IMG/VR virus record: IMGVR_UViG_3300047471_000178 | Coordinates: 1-64,000 of that record | Source: a virus | Length of the DNA stretch: 64,000 nucleotides | Direction: 5' to 3' (one strand) | Shown here: one piece after another, positions 30,943 to 40,133 of the stretch | Layout of the letters: each line of letters starts with the position of its first letter | Numbering within the stretch: position 1 is the stretch's first letter | Position numbers and translations under genes: made by a program | Notes under the pieces: generated by a model | What the model saw: only the letters and a program-made list of their open reading frames with translations | Databases searched by the model: none | What the model was told of the DNA's origin: nothing

Positions 30943-33432
30943 ATGGCCCGCCGCACAGGCAGTCTGCCACTCAACGATCCATATCCAAAGGCAACGTCCC
31001 CAGCGTTGTCTCTCGTTACAAACAATGAACAGGAAGAACAGGACGAGGATAGCTCAATCAAGATTGAGCATCCTGACGGTTCTGTAACCATCGATTTCAG
31101 CGATCACGATGATGAGGACGACGGACCGGAAGATACCGATTTCAATAAGAATCTATCCAAGTCGATGGATGATGGGGAGTTGGAAAGTATTGCGTCATCT
31201 CTCCTCGAAGGCATTCAGCAGGACGATCAATCGCGCAAGGAATGGCTGGATACCCGCGCTATGGGTATCTCTCTCCTTGGGCTAAAGCTGGAGAAACCCA
31301 GGTCAGATGCAGGATCATCTTCTGCCCCGCTTGAGGGCATGTCTGTTGTCAGACACCCGCTACTTTTGGAAGCCACGGTTTCCTTCCAGGCTACTGCAAG
31401 GGCAGAACTCCTCCCAGCAGCGGGTCCAGTTAAGGTCCGCAATGACTCGACTGTACCGCCGAAAGCCGTATCCCAGGATACCTCCGCTGCCCACGATCTA
31501 GCCGACAGCATGGAGAATAAGGACGATCTTTCTCAGGCTTTAGAGAAAGACATGAATCACTACCTGACAACCATTGCGACAGAGTATGTCCCGGATACGG
31601 ATAGGATGCTGTTCTACGTCGGCTTCGGCGGGGATGGATTCAAGAAAGTTTATAACTGCCCCCTAAGACGCAGGCCGGTATCCGAGAGCATTGATGCCGA
31701 GGACATCATTGTTTCCAATGCAGCCACCGACATCAGGAACTCCAGCAGGGTTACGCATAAGATCAAGATGCGTAAATCAACCTTGCGCCGGATGCAGATC
31801 ATCGGTGCCTATCGTGATGTTGAACTTTCCAATCCTACTCCATCACCGGCTACTGCTGTCGATAAGAAGAAGGAAGAATTAGCCGGGGTAAAGGAAGATC
31901 ATAAGCGTCCTGAAGATCAGGATTACACGATCTACGAATGCTACTGCGAACTTGACATCAAGGAATACGCCCCAAAGAAGTTCAAGGGCAAAGGATTGCC
32001 GCTCCCGTATCGTGTGACAATCGAGGAAACCAGCAAGAAGATTCTCGACATCCGCAGGAACTGGAAGGAAGACGATGAAGAATGCCTTGCCAAACATTTT
32101 ATTGTTCAATTTCCCTTTATCAGAGGGTTGGGCTTCTACGGACTCGGTTTTATTCATTTGCTCGGTAATCTTACCGCCGCACTTACGGCTGCTACCCGCC
32201 TGCAACTTGACGCGGGCATGTTCGCCAATTTCCCTGGCTTTCTGTTCTCCAAGGGAGCCGGAAGGCAGAACACCAACACATTCCGCATAGCCCCCGGCAC
32301 AGGTCAGGGTCTCGATGTCGGCGCTCAGGGGAGAATCCAAGACGCCGTTATGCCGCTTCCCTACAAAGAGGTTGGAGCTTCATTTGCCGCATTTACCAAG
32401 GGATTGGAAGAAACAGGCCGCCGCCTTGCCTCCACAGCAAGCGCAAACGTCGGAGAAGGAAAGCAAGACGCCCCCGTGGGTACTACCCTCGCCCTTATCG
32501 AACAAGCCTCCAAGGTTATGGATTCGGCCCATAAACGCCTCCATGCAGCGCAAGCCGAAGAATTCAAACTTCTCAAAGAACGGTTTAGGGAAGACCCGGA
32601 AGCATTCTGGCGTCATAACAAGAAACCAACCATTCAATGGAAGAAACAGCAGTTCATAGATGCGCTGAACGTCTGCGAGCTTGTCCCGGTAGCCGATCCG
32701 AATAACCCGACCTCCCTGCACCGCATTGCCAAAGCTATGGCTATCAAGACGCTGCAACAGGCCAGTCCGGACCTGTACGACCCGACCGCTGTCGATATGC
32801 GGATCATGCGGATTGTGGATATTGATCCTGAAGGCTTGTTCCGTCCGACGCCTGCTGCGCCTCCACCCGATCCGAGAATGGAAGCCATTCAGGCCAAGTC
32901 ACAGGCTGAACAGGCCAAGACCCAGATCATGCAGATGCAGACGCAGATCAAGGCGGCTGAAGCCCAGGCAAACTTTGCCGATAAGGCCCAGGAGCGTCAG
33001 TCGAGAGAGAAGATCGAAGCTATGAAGATTCAGCTTCAGCAGCTTAAGCTCAAGCAGGAAGCCATCATCCACGCCCACGATCTCCACCAAGACGCCACCA
33101 TGAACCAGCACCAGATGCAGTTGGATGCCGCTTCCAAGGCGCAGGAACTCCATCACGAGAACCTGTCCCGCATGAACGAGATGCATGGAGATCAGGTTGC
33201 ACAGCAGCATGAATTGCGTGGTGGGCTTATCAAGGCTGCTCATGAGATGCAGCATGATCGCGTCAAGTCATCCCAGGAAATAGCGCGGGATCACGAAAAA
33301 CATCAGGCTGAAATGCAGCGCGACCGTGAGCGGCATGAGATGGACATGCAGCACGCCAAAGAGATGCATCAGCAGAAGCTTGAATCAGCTAGACAACTTG
33401 CTAAGGTGAAACCGAAAGCAAAGAAGGATTAG
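30943..33432 (+). CDS. portal protein with long His/Gln/Met-rich coiled C-terminal extension
   Basis: Called from its position directly after terL and its size (829 aa). Family not recognised at the motif level. Confidence 0.65.
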   Translation: MARRTGSLPLNDPYPKATSPALSLVTNNEQEEQDEDSSIKIEHPDGSVTIDFSDHDDEDDGPEDTDFNKNLSKSMDDGELESIASSLLEGIQQDDQSRKEWLDTRAMGISLLGLKLEKPRSDAGSSSAPLEGMSVVRHPLLLEATVSFQATARAELLPAAGPVKVRNDSTVPPKAVSQDTSAAHDLADSMENKDDLSQALEKDMNHYLTTIATEYVPDTDRMLFYVGFGGDGFKKVYNCPLRRRPVSESIDAEDIIVSNAATDIRNSSRVTHKIKMRKSTLRRMQIIGAYRDVELSNPTPSPATAVDKKKEELAGVKEDHKRPEDQDYTIYECYCELDIKEYAPKKFKGKGLPLPYRVTIEETSKKILDIRRNWKEDDEECLAKHFIVQFPFIRGLGFYGLGFIHLLGNLTAALTAATRLQLDAGMFANFPGFLFSKGAGRQNTNTFRIAPGTGQGLDVGAQGRIQDAVMPLPYKEVGASFAAFTKGLEETGRRLASTASANVGEGKQDAPVGTTLALIEQASKVMDSAHKRLHAAQAEEFKLLKERFREDPEAFWRHNKKPTIQWKKQQFIDALNVCELVPVADPNNPTSLHRIAKAMAIKTLQQASPDLYDPTAVDMRIMRIVDIDPEGLFRPTPAAPPPDPRMEAIQAKSQAEQAKTQIMQMQTQIKAAEAQANFADKAQERQSREKIEAMKIQLQQLKLKQEAIIHAHDLHQDATMNQHQMQLDAASKAQELHHENLSRMNEMHGDQVAQQHELRGGLIKAAHEMQHDRVKSSQEIARDHEKHQAEMQRDRERHEMDMQHAKEMHQQKLESARQLAKVKPKAKKD

Positions 33433-33435
33433 GTT

Positions 33436-33714
33436 ATGGTTCAAAACACATCTGAGTGGGGTAAGCAGACGGCCAAGGAACGATATGGCGATGCCATCGG
33501 AAAGGCCGATGCTCCGAGCAAGCCAGCCTATGGCAAAGAGGTAAACATTGGTCTTATCAACCAACCAAAACTAGATGAGGCCGCTCGTGTGATGCAGTCC
33601 CCACAGGCCGTCAACGACCACCATGATGCTAATTACGACAATGACGCCGATGGCTGGGTTCGCGGCAAAGGAAAGCCGCATCCCAATTTTGATACACATA
33701 AAGCCGGGAGATAA
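33436..33714 (+). CDS. hypothetical protein
   Basis: 92-aa ORF. Confidence 0.5.
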   Translation: MVQNTSEWGKQTAKERYGDAIGKADAPSKPAYGKEVNIGLINQPKLDEAARVMQSPQAVNDHHDANYDNDADGWVRGKGKPHPNFDTHKAGR

Positions 33715-33717
33715 GCG

Positions 33718-34236
33718 ATGGCCCATCCATATGCCAATCTAAGAGAACTGCATCGTGGCCAGAAGCGAGCCCACCAGATGGCTAAGCACTTCAAGCGCGG
33801 TGGTAAGGTCCACAGCGACGAGAAGGAAGACAAGAAGCTCATTAGCAAGATGCTTAAGGAGCACGAAGGCTCCGAGGAGCCTGAAGGCAAGGCTTCTGGT
33901 GGCCGTCTCGATAAATATGCCCGTGGTGGAAAGACCAAGGGCAAGCACGGCAATCATGTGAACATCGCCATTCTAAACGGTAAGGGACAACAGGACGCGC
34001 CCCCAGCAGGTCTTGGTGCCCCTCCGGGGGGCCTGCCAATGGCACCACCCCGTCCCCCCATGGCAGGTCCTCCGGGCCTTCCCCCTGGAGGCCCTCCTGG
34101 AATGCCGCCTCCGGGCATGAAGCCGCCCGGAATGATGAAACGCGGTGGAAAAGTCAAAATGAAAGGTGGTTCTGAGACTGGAGTTGGTAGATTAGACAAG
34201 AAGAAAGCCTATGGATTGAAACCAATTAAGGGCTAA
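33718..34236 (+). CDS. basic Gly/Pro-rich virion-module protein
   Basis: 'KRGGKV', 'GGRLDKYARGGKTKG' and 'KRGGKVKMKGG' motifs plus a PPG-rich tract. Confidence 0.5.
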   Translation: MAHPYANLRELHRGQKRAHQMAKHFKRGGKVHSDEKEDKKLISKMLKEHEGSEEPEGKASGGRLDKYARGGKTKGKHGNHVNIAILNGKGQQDAPPAGLGAPPGGLPMAPPRPPMAGPPGLPPGGPPGMPPPGMKPPGMMKRGGKVKMKGGSETGVGRLDKKKAYGLKPIKG

Positions 34237-34439
34237 TGACTACCAGATTCCACGCCTTGCTTGAGAAGAAGATAACGGAAGCCATCAAGGACAGGTCCGA
34301 TTCCCTTGTTGTCGGGCAGGCCGATGACTATCCGAAGTATAAGGAAGGCGTAGGTTATATTTATGGTTTACGCACAGCACTCGCACTTTGCGAGGATGTA
34401 GAACAGGATTTAGGAAATGAGCGTAGTAACTCCATTTAA
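34236..34439 (+). CDS. hypothetical protein
   Basis: 67-aa ORF with an ATGA-type junction. Confidence 0.45.
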   Translation: MTTRFHALLEKKITEAIKDRSDSLVVGQADDYPKYKEGVGYIYGLRTALALCEDVEQDLGNERSNSI

Positions 34440-34830
34440 GGCTATTGAGGCTATAACGACGGCCTCTGACCCGAAGAAGGCCATTCTTGACTTTGTTGGC
34501 GATCTATCCGGGTTTGAGGTGATGGGTGACCGGGTTCTTGTCGGAATCTTTATGAGACCGGAAAAGACCAGGGGTGGTATTATCCGCCCTGACATCAATA
34601 AGGAAGAGGATGTTTGGCAGGGTAAGGTAGGTCTGGTCCTTAAATTAGGTCCTAATGCTTTTGTTGATCCCGATGATGGCTCACTCTATGCACAGCGAGT
34701 TAGAGTTGGTGATTGGATAGTGTTCAAAGTTGGGGACGGATGGCAGTTGCAAGTCAATAAGATGCCTTGCCGGATGATTAAGGACACCAACTTCATTGCC
34801 ATGATTGAAGACCCGATGATGGTCTTGTAG
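34417..34830 (+). CDS. GroES/Cpn10-like co-chaperonin
   Basis: 'GDRVLVGIFMRPEKTRGGIIRP...GKVGLVLKLGP...VRVGDWIVFK' follows the GroES pattern. Confidence 0.6.
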   Translation: MSVVTPFKAIEAITTASDPKKAILDFVGDLSGFEVMGDRVLVGIFMRPEKTRGGIIRPDINKEEDVWQGKVGLVLKLGPNAFVDPDDGSLYAQRVRVGDWIVFKVGDGWQLQVNKMPCRMIKDTNFIAMIEDPMMVL

Positions 34831-34838
34831 GAGGATTC

Positions 34839-35816
34839 ATGCCGCGCCTTCGCCCCGCTCCAAAAGCATCGATAGATGAGCTTGATCCAAGCGAGTCCAT
34901 GTCTGGATTGTTTGAGGCTAAAGAGAAAGAGCCGGAATCCGATCTACACGAGAATAAGCCAGAAGAACCGGAAGTCGAGGTTAAGGAACCTGAGAAGCAG
35001 GAAGACCCCGCACTAGCTCTCCAGAAGCAACTGGATGAGCTTAAGAAATCGGAGGAACTTCAGCGCACTCAGAACGCCCAGATTGCTAAGGAACGCGATG
35101 AGGCTATTAAACGCGCCCAAGAACGCGAGACTGAGGTCACCAAGCTTCAGAAAGAGAATACTCAATCCAGCTACAATGCGATTACCAGCGATCTAGCTAC
35201 TTCTCAGGCTAACGCAGACCGGGCTGCTCAGGATGTTGAGATTGCCGGTAATGCTAGTGATTTCAAAGGTTTAGCAGATGCCCAGCGCCGCTTAGCGCGG
35301 GCGGAGTCAGAGATCGTCAGACTCGAAGGTTGGAAGTTTGAACTTGAGACTCAATTAAAAGCCGAAAAGGCAGAACCTAAGGTCGAACCAAAGGTAGAGT
35401 CTAAGCAGGAAAATAAGCTTCCTGATGTTGCGGTGCGATATATCGAGAGGCACCCAGAACTGCTTCATGACCCAAGAAAGAACGTAAAGCTTCAATCCTT
35501 ACATTGGGAAGCCATCGATGCTGGCAATGAAGCCTATACGCCGCCATATTTTGAATTCCTCGATCTCGGTCTTGGATATAAGAAGGTTGAGCCGAAGGTC
35601 GAGGAACAACAGAGGACAAACATCGTGAGCGCACCTGTCAGCCGTGAAGTTCCATCGGGCGGGACTGGAGTCCGCTCCAATGGCAAGGTTACTCTGAGCG
35701 CCCAAGAGAGGGAGTTCGCTAAGCTATCCGGTGTTACTGAGGCAGAATATGCCAAGCAAAAACAGATGATTGCCGAAATGAGAGCTAACGGTACTTATGA
35801 TGATGGGAGGAAGTGA
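34839..35816 (+). CDS. scaffolding-like coiled-coil protein
   Basis: Acidic Glu/Lys-rich coiled N-half. Lies between the portal and capsid genes. Confidence 0.4.
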   Translation: MPRLRPAPKASIDELDPSESMSGLFEAKEKEPESDLHENKPEEPEVEVKEPEKQEDPALALQKQLDELKKSEELQRTQNAQIAKERDEAIKRAQERETEVTKLQKENTQSSYNAITSDLATSQANADRAAQDVEIAGNASDFKGLADAQRRLARAESEIVRLEGWKFELETQLKAEKAEPKVEPKVESKQENKLPDVAVRYIERHPELLHDPRKNVKLQSLHWEAIDAGNEAYTPPYFEFLDLGLGYKKVEPKVEEQQRTNIVSAPVSREVPSGGTGVRSNGKVTLSAQEREFAKLSGVTEAEYAKQKQMIAEMRANGTYDDGRK

Positions 35817-36373
35817 TGGAAGAAACAGAAGTTAAACGACGCCCAGGCCGCCCCCCCAAGAATTTGGCTGCCAAACCATCTGAGCCTGTGGCTCCCAAGA
35901 CCTTTAAGATGAAGGCTAAACCGAATTGGGAAGCATTCGATCCTTCGGAGGCTGATAGTCCTGACAAGCTTCATATTGATCCAAGTAAGGTTCCTGAGGG
36001 CTTTGCCCTTCAATGGGTGACAGACTCTGTCTATGGCCAGAGTATGTCTCAGCACAGATCGGGGTTTGAGCGGAAAGGGTGGACTCCTGTCCATCAGGAA
36101 GACTTTGACGGAGTATTTGATGGCATGTTCATGCCTAAAGGGGCTCCTGGAGAGATCATGAATGAAGGTCTTGTCCTGATGGCAAGGCCGAGTGAATTAA
36201 GCGATAGAGCCAGGAAGATGGAGCGCAGGGCCGCTCTTGAACAGGTTCACATCAAGGAACAGGCTCTTCGCGGTGGCGATATTCCGATTAGTCTTGACGC
36301 GAGACACGCTTCTGCACTACAAACGAACAAGATCGGCAAATCATACGAGAGATTACCGATTCCTGAAGAGTAG
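35813..36373 (+). CDS. hypothetical head-module protein
   Basis: 186-aa ORF with an ATGA overlap. Confidence 0.5.
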   Translation: MMEETEVKRRPGRPPKNLAAKPSEPVAPKTFKMKAKPNWEAFDPSEADSPDKLHIDPSKVPEGFALQWVTDSVYGQSMSQHRSGFERKGWTPVHQEDFDGVFDGMFMPKGAPGEIMNEGLVLMARPSELSDRARKMERRAALEQVHIKEQALRGGDIPISLDARHASALQTNKIGKSYERLPIPEE

Positions 36374-36391
36374 AGTTCTGTATAGAACTCT
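36372..36391 (+). other. perfect 8-bp hairpin directly after the stop codon
   Basis: AGAGTTCT-GTAT-AGAACTCT with no U-run. Possible attenuator or processing site ahead of the capsid genes. Confidence 0.35.
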
Positions 36392-36486
36392 GGGAGCGCT
36401 TCCCAAAGTCTAAACCCGTCAGCGCCTGATGGTTTCACCAGACCGTAACTACGACGCCCGTAGTGATCGGCAAATGGGAGCCATCC

Positions 36487-37119
36487 ATGGCCAACACAAG
36501 CAATCCTTTTGGTTTTCGCCAGTTTGGTCGTCGTGAGGGTGGAGCCCCCACAGCGGGCCTAGAAACTCGGCTTATTGCATCAGGCAATACCAACCCAATC
36601 TTTACCGGCGATGTTGTCGCTAACAGCACGGCGTCTCCTGGTTACATCATCACCATTGGTGCAACGTGCGCTGTTACAACGCAAATGCAGGGCGTGTTTT
36701 TTGGGTGTGAGTATTACAATTCCAACGTCAGCAGAGTGACTTGGAGCAGCTACTGGCCTGGAAGCGGCGCTACCGGCGACGTGAAGGCTTATATCTGTAC
36801 CGATCCAGATCAGCTTTACATCGCACAGGGTTCTACCGGCACCGTCCTCGGAACGACGATGATTGGGTTTGGTATTCCGTGCAGCATCCTTCTCTCGACT
36901 CTTGGCAACACCGCGACAGGCCAGAGCGTGATGTATCTCAACTCCAGCAACTATACTGCATATTCGAGCAACGCCCAGTTCACGCTCGTCGGTCTGTATT
37001 CCGACTATGCGCCTCCGGGCGTCAACGGCACATCGACCGGAGCGGAAGGTATGCAGATTGCTGTCGTTCAGCCGCTCAACACTTGGCGTCGTGCTGGCCT
37101 AACCAACTTGTCAACCTAA
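36487..37119 (+). CDS. structural protein, possible head decoration protein
   Basis: Start moved to 'MANTSNPFGF'. Lies immediately upstream of the major capsid gene (lambda D/E-like order). Function inferred from position only. Confidence 0.35.
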   Translation: MANTSNPFGFRQFGRREGGAPTAGLETRLIASGNTNPIFTGDVVANSTASPGYIITIGATCAVTTQMQGVFFGCEYYNSNVSRVTWSSYWPGSGATGDVKAYICTDPDQLYIAQGSTGTVLGTTMIGFGIPCSILLSTLGNTATGQSVMYLNSSNYTAYSSNAQFTLVGLYSDYAPPGVNGTSTGAEGMQIAVVQPLNTWRRAGLTNLST

Positions 37120-37204
37120 TAGGAACTAGAAGACCCCTAACGTATCTAACGAGAGTAGAGCAGGTTCTACCGTACCTAGGGGAAATGGCATTAGGAGATA
37201 ACCG

Positions 37205-38119
37205 ATGCCTGTCGCATTAGCTCAAATAAAGGACTTGTTGCTTCCAGGCTTGTGGGGCATCTCCGGCAAGTATCCCATGATCGAGCGTCAGTGGCCTAAA
37301 ATCTTTAGGCAGACTGATTCCTCCATGTCTCTCGAACGTCGCGCTGCGATGCGCTTCCTCGGCCTTGCTCAGTTGAAGCAGGAAGGTGCGCCGACCAGCT
37401 TCGACAACGCGGCAGGTCAGCGGTTCGTCTATAACGCCGAGCACTTTGAAATCGGCCTCGGCTATGCGATCACCCGCAAGGCCATCGACGACAACCTCTA
37501 CAAATCAGAGTTTGGGCCGTCCAACGACGGTTTGATGGAGTCCTTCAAGGAGACCGAAGAGATTTATGCCGCTAACGTCTTTAATTCCGGATCGACCTAC
37601 AACGCCTCGATTGGCGGCGACGGCGTAGCCCTCTTCAGCACATCCCATCCGACCGATGCCGGTACTATCGGCAATGCGCCGAGCCCGGATGTCGATCTGA
37701 ACGAGACTTCGCTTCTTAATGCCCTCATCGCCATTCGTTCGACCTGGAAAGACAATGCTGGCCTGAAGATTCACGCTAGAGGCCGCAAGGTCATTGTCCC
37801 GGCGAACCTTGAGCCAATTGCTCTCAGGCTCTTCCGTTCCGAGCTTCGTCCAGGCACCGCGACTAACGATGTCAATGCCATCTTGGGTATGAACGATTCC
37901 CTCAAGGAGGGGTTCATGGTCTGGGATTACCTGACATCATCCTTCGCTTGGTTTGTCTGCACCAATCACGATGGACTGATATTCTTCAACCGCAAGCCGT
38001 TCGAGATGGATATGACGGTAGAGTTCACCACTGACAACCTTCTAGTTAAGGGCTATCAGCGGTATGTTCCGTCGTACTACGATTGGCGAGCGGTATGGGG
38101 AACCTTCCCGCTGTCATAA
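37205..38119 (+). CDS. major capsid protein
   Basis: 304 aa, lying after the scaffold-like gene. 'ALFSTSHPTDAGT...' is typical of HK97-fold coat families. Confidence 0.65.
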   Translation: MPVALAQIKDLLLPGLWGISGKYPMIERQWPKIFRQTDSSMSLERRAAMRFLGLAQLKQEGAPTSFDNAAGQRFVYNAEHFEIGLGYAITRKAIDDNLYKSEFGPSNDGLMESFKETEEIYAANVFNSGSTYNASIGGDGVALFSTSHPTDAGTIGNAPSPDVDLNETSLLNALIAIRSTWKDNAGLKIHARGRKVIVPANLEPIALRLFRSELRPGTATNDVNAILGMNDSLKEGFMVWDYLTSSFAWFVCTNHDGLIFFNRKPFEMDMTVEFTTDNLLVKGYQRYVPSYYDWRAVWGTFPLS

Positions 38120-38281
38120 GGTCAACCGATGATTAACAGCATCTTCCCGTTTCCAATCCAAGCTTCGGTCCAGGCAGTTACACAGAATGTGGTTGTTTCG
38201 CCTCTAGCAGCCGCATCTACATGGATCGACGATCTCATCGCGCTTTGGTTGGTATTCGACTACTGAGAAGGAAAGACTAAA

Positions 38282-38620
38282 ATGGGCACCCAGACTGTAA
38301 CTTTGTCATCGGTTGGCACGGCGACGATGTATCTCAATCCCGTTGCCAAATCCACGACCGTACAGTTGACCGTATCATCCTCGGCTGTCGCCACCGTTCA
38401 GATCGACATGACCCTGGATGATCCGAGCACGACTCCGGCACCGACGATTGCATGGTCGCTATTGAGTTCAGCGGCGGCGATTGTTTCTTCCAACAGTCTG
38501 CCTGGTGTTGGGCTGGTTTACACGATCCTCTCGCCCATTGGCGGGGTCAGGATCAATTCTTCGACCAATGCCGCACCAGCTACTTTCACGCTCAAGGCAC
38601 TTCAATCGGTTACGGCTTAA
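38282..38620 (+). CDS. small Ser/Thr/Ala-rich structural protein
   Basis: 112 aa, 'TVTLSSVGTATMYLNPVAKSTTVQLTVSSSAVATVQ'. Confidence 0.5.
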   Translation: MGTQTVTLSSVGTATMYLNPVAKSTTVQLTVSSSAVATVQIDMTLDDPSTTPAPTIAWSLLSSAAAIVSSNSLPGVGLVYTILSPIGGVRINSSTNAAPATFTLKALQSVTA

Positions 38621-38630
38621 GGAGAGCTAA

Positions 38631-38864
38631 ATGGCAAATCGTCATAAGAAGTTTGCTAGGGGCGGCAAGGCTAAGGAAACCCGTTCCGAGCACGATTCCG
38701 TAATCGAGAAGGAAGCCGGTCTTAAGACAGGCGGCAAGGTCATCAAGCGCAAGTCAGGCGGCAAGGTCCCTGGGTACGCCAAGGGTGGCCGTTTGGATAA
38801 GCGGGCGAGAGGCGGCGGGGTTGGGTCTGACAAGCATCCCTTCTCCAGCGCCCATGTAAAATAG
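38631..38864 (+). CDS. basic Gly-rich protein
   Basis: 'FARGGKAKE...KTGGKVIKRKSGGKVPGYAKGGRLDKRARGGGVG'. Confidence 0.5.
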   Translation: MANRHKKFARGGKAKETRSEHDSVIEKEAGLKTGGKVIKRKSGGKVPGYAKGGRLDKRARGGGVGSDKHPFSSAHVK

Positions 38865-38908
38865 GTGGTTCCGCTGGTTACGCATCCGGAGGCGGAACCG
38901 GGCACTGG

Positions 38909-39067
38909 ATGCAACACGCCGTGAAGCATAAAGGTGCTTTACGAACCGCCGCACACAGAGCCGGAATGTCCACCTCGGAGTTTGCTCAGAAGCACAAGGG
39001 CTCTCCAGGCGTAGTAGGAAAAAGGGCGCGACTCGCACTGACTTTTGCGAAGTTCAGAGCCCATTAA
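38909..39067 (+). CDS. small protein, either independent or the -1-frame extension of 38631..38864
   Basis: This frame is open from 38831. 'GGSAGYASGGGTGHWMQHAVKHKGALRTAAHRAGMSTSEFAQKH...'. The ATG at 38909 has only a distant GGAGG. Confidence 0.35.
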   Translation: MQHAVKHKGALRTAAHRAGMSTSEFAQKHKGSPGVVGKRARLALTFAKFRAH

Positions 39068-39079
39068 CAGGGGCTCATC

Positions 39080-39748
39080 ATGGGTTGGCCAACCACCACT
39101 TACACTAAAATCCTGGCAGCCGCCTCTTCTACAAGCATTGGATCGATTTCGACTGCGGCAGGTGGAACCGTTACGTTATCATGCGCTCTGTTGGACACCG
39201 CCCGCCGCATTAGCGTTGCATCGGCCTCCTTGTCAGGCCCAAGCTATGTAATTACGGGCCTTGACCAAAATGGCCACGTCATCACTGAGTCAATTATTCC
39301 TTCTACAACGGTTGTCAGTGCCGCCACGACGACGCAGGACTTCATCAAGGTAACGTCGGTCAGCTTGTCATGTTCGGTTACCAATTCATCTGGAGGGTTC
39401 TTAATTGGTACGACGACCCAAGGTGGAACACCGTGGGTTCCCATCGACACGACTCGTAATCCAATCAATGTGGTATTTGGGATTGATATTACGTCGCCAT
39501 CTACGGTAGTGGTGGCAAGCTTTGAATACACGCAGGACTATCCAAACTTCAACCCAGCGTCCAATCTTTGGGTAGGGACTCCGACCAATACAGGTCCGCG
39601 TCCGACAATTTCCTCATTTGGGTCAAGTGTGACACTAGATACGGCTGGAACGATCACAACTCCATTTGTTGCATGGAGAATGACGATGACCAGTAGTTCA
39701 TCGGGGGCTGGTACGGCTGCCTGCTCAGTGATGCAGAGTGGTGTCTAA
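39080..39748 (+). CDS. Ser/Thr-rich structural protein
   Basis: 222-aa ORF. Confidence 0.5.
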   Translation: MGWPTTTYTKILAAASSTSIGSISTAAGGTVTLSCALLDTARRISVASASLSGPSYVITGLDQNGHVITESIIPSTTVVSAATTTQDFIKVTSVSLSCSVTNSSGGFLIGTTTQGGTPWVPIDTTRNPINVVFGIDITSPSTVVVASFEYTQDYPNFNPASNLWVGTPTNTGPRPTISSFGSSVTLDTAGTITTPFVAWRMTMTSSSSGAGTAACSVMQSGV

Positions 39749-40132
39749 ATGTCCGTGAATTATAGTTCAATTGCCATCAATTTCCGTATGCAGGGTGTTG
39801 TCTCGGCTATTGATGACTCCGGGAACGGCGTTTTACGTCTTCTGGCGGGGGGAACGATTCTATCCAGCATAACCCTGCAAAACCCATGTGGTACTGTAAG
39901 TGGGACCGTATTGACCTTTACGGGCAATTTGATTGACGCATCGGCATCTAATACAGGTTTAGCTACGGCAGCTAGAATTGATGATGCATCTGGCATTACA
40001 ATGATCTCTGGATTAACGGTGGGGATACCCGGCTCTGGGGCTGACATTCTCCTAACGAATGGTCTAAATAACACCCTTGTAACCGCAGGACAGACCGTAG
40101 CGGTCGTGTCGGCTCAAATTACAGGGACATAA
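39749..40132 (+). CDS. small structural protein
   Basis: 127-aa ORF that abuts the upstream stop. Confidence 0.5.
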   Translation: MSVNYSSIAINFRMQGVVSAIDDSGNGVLRLLAGGTILSSITLQNPCGTVSGTVLTFTGNLIDASASNTGLATAARIDDASGITMISGLTVGIPGSGADILLTNGLNNTLVTAGQTVAVVSAQITGT

Positions 40133-40133
40133 C

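Noticed and set aside
36391-36400. The 10-mer CTGGGAGCGC is shared with the 3' acceptor end of tRNA-like T1, and a similar CTGGGAGCCGC lies at 16621. This might indicate an att-like or tRNA-derived site.
   Set aside because: Only a 10-nt identity with no flanking similarity, so it is probably coincidence.
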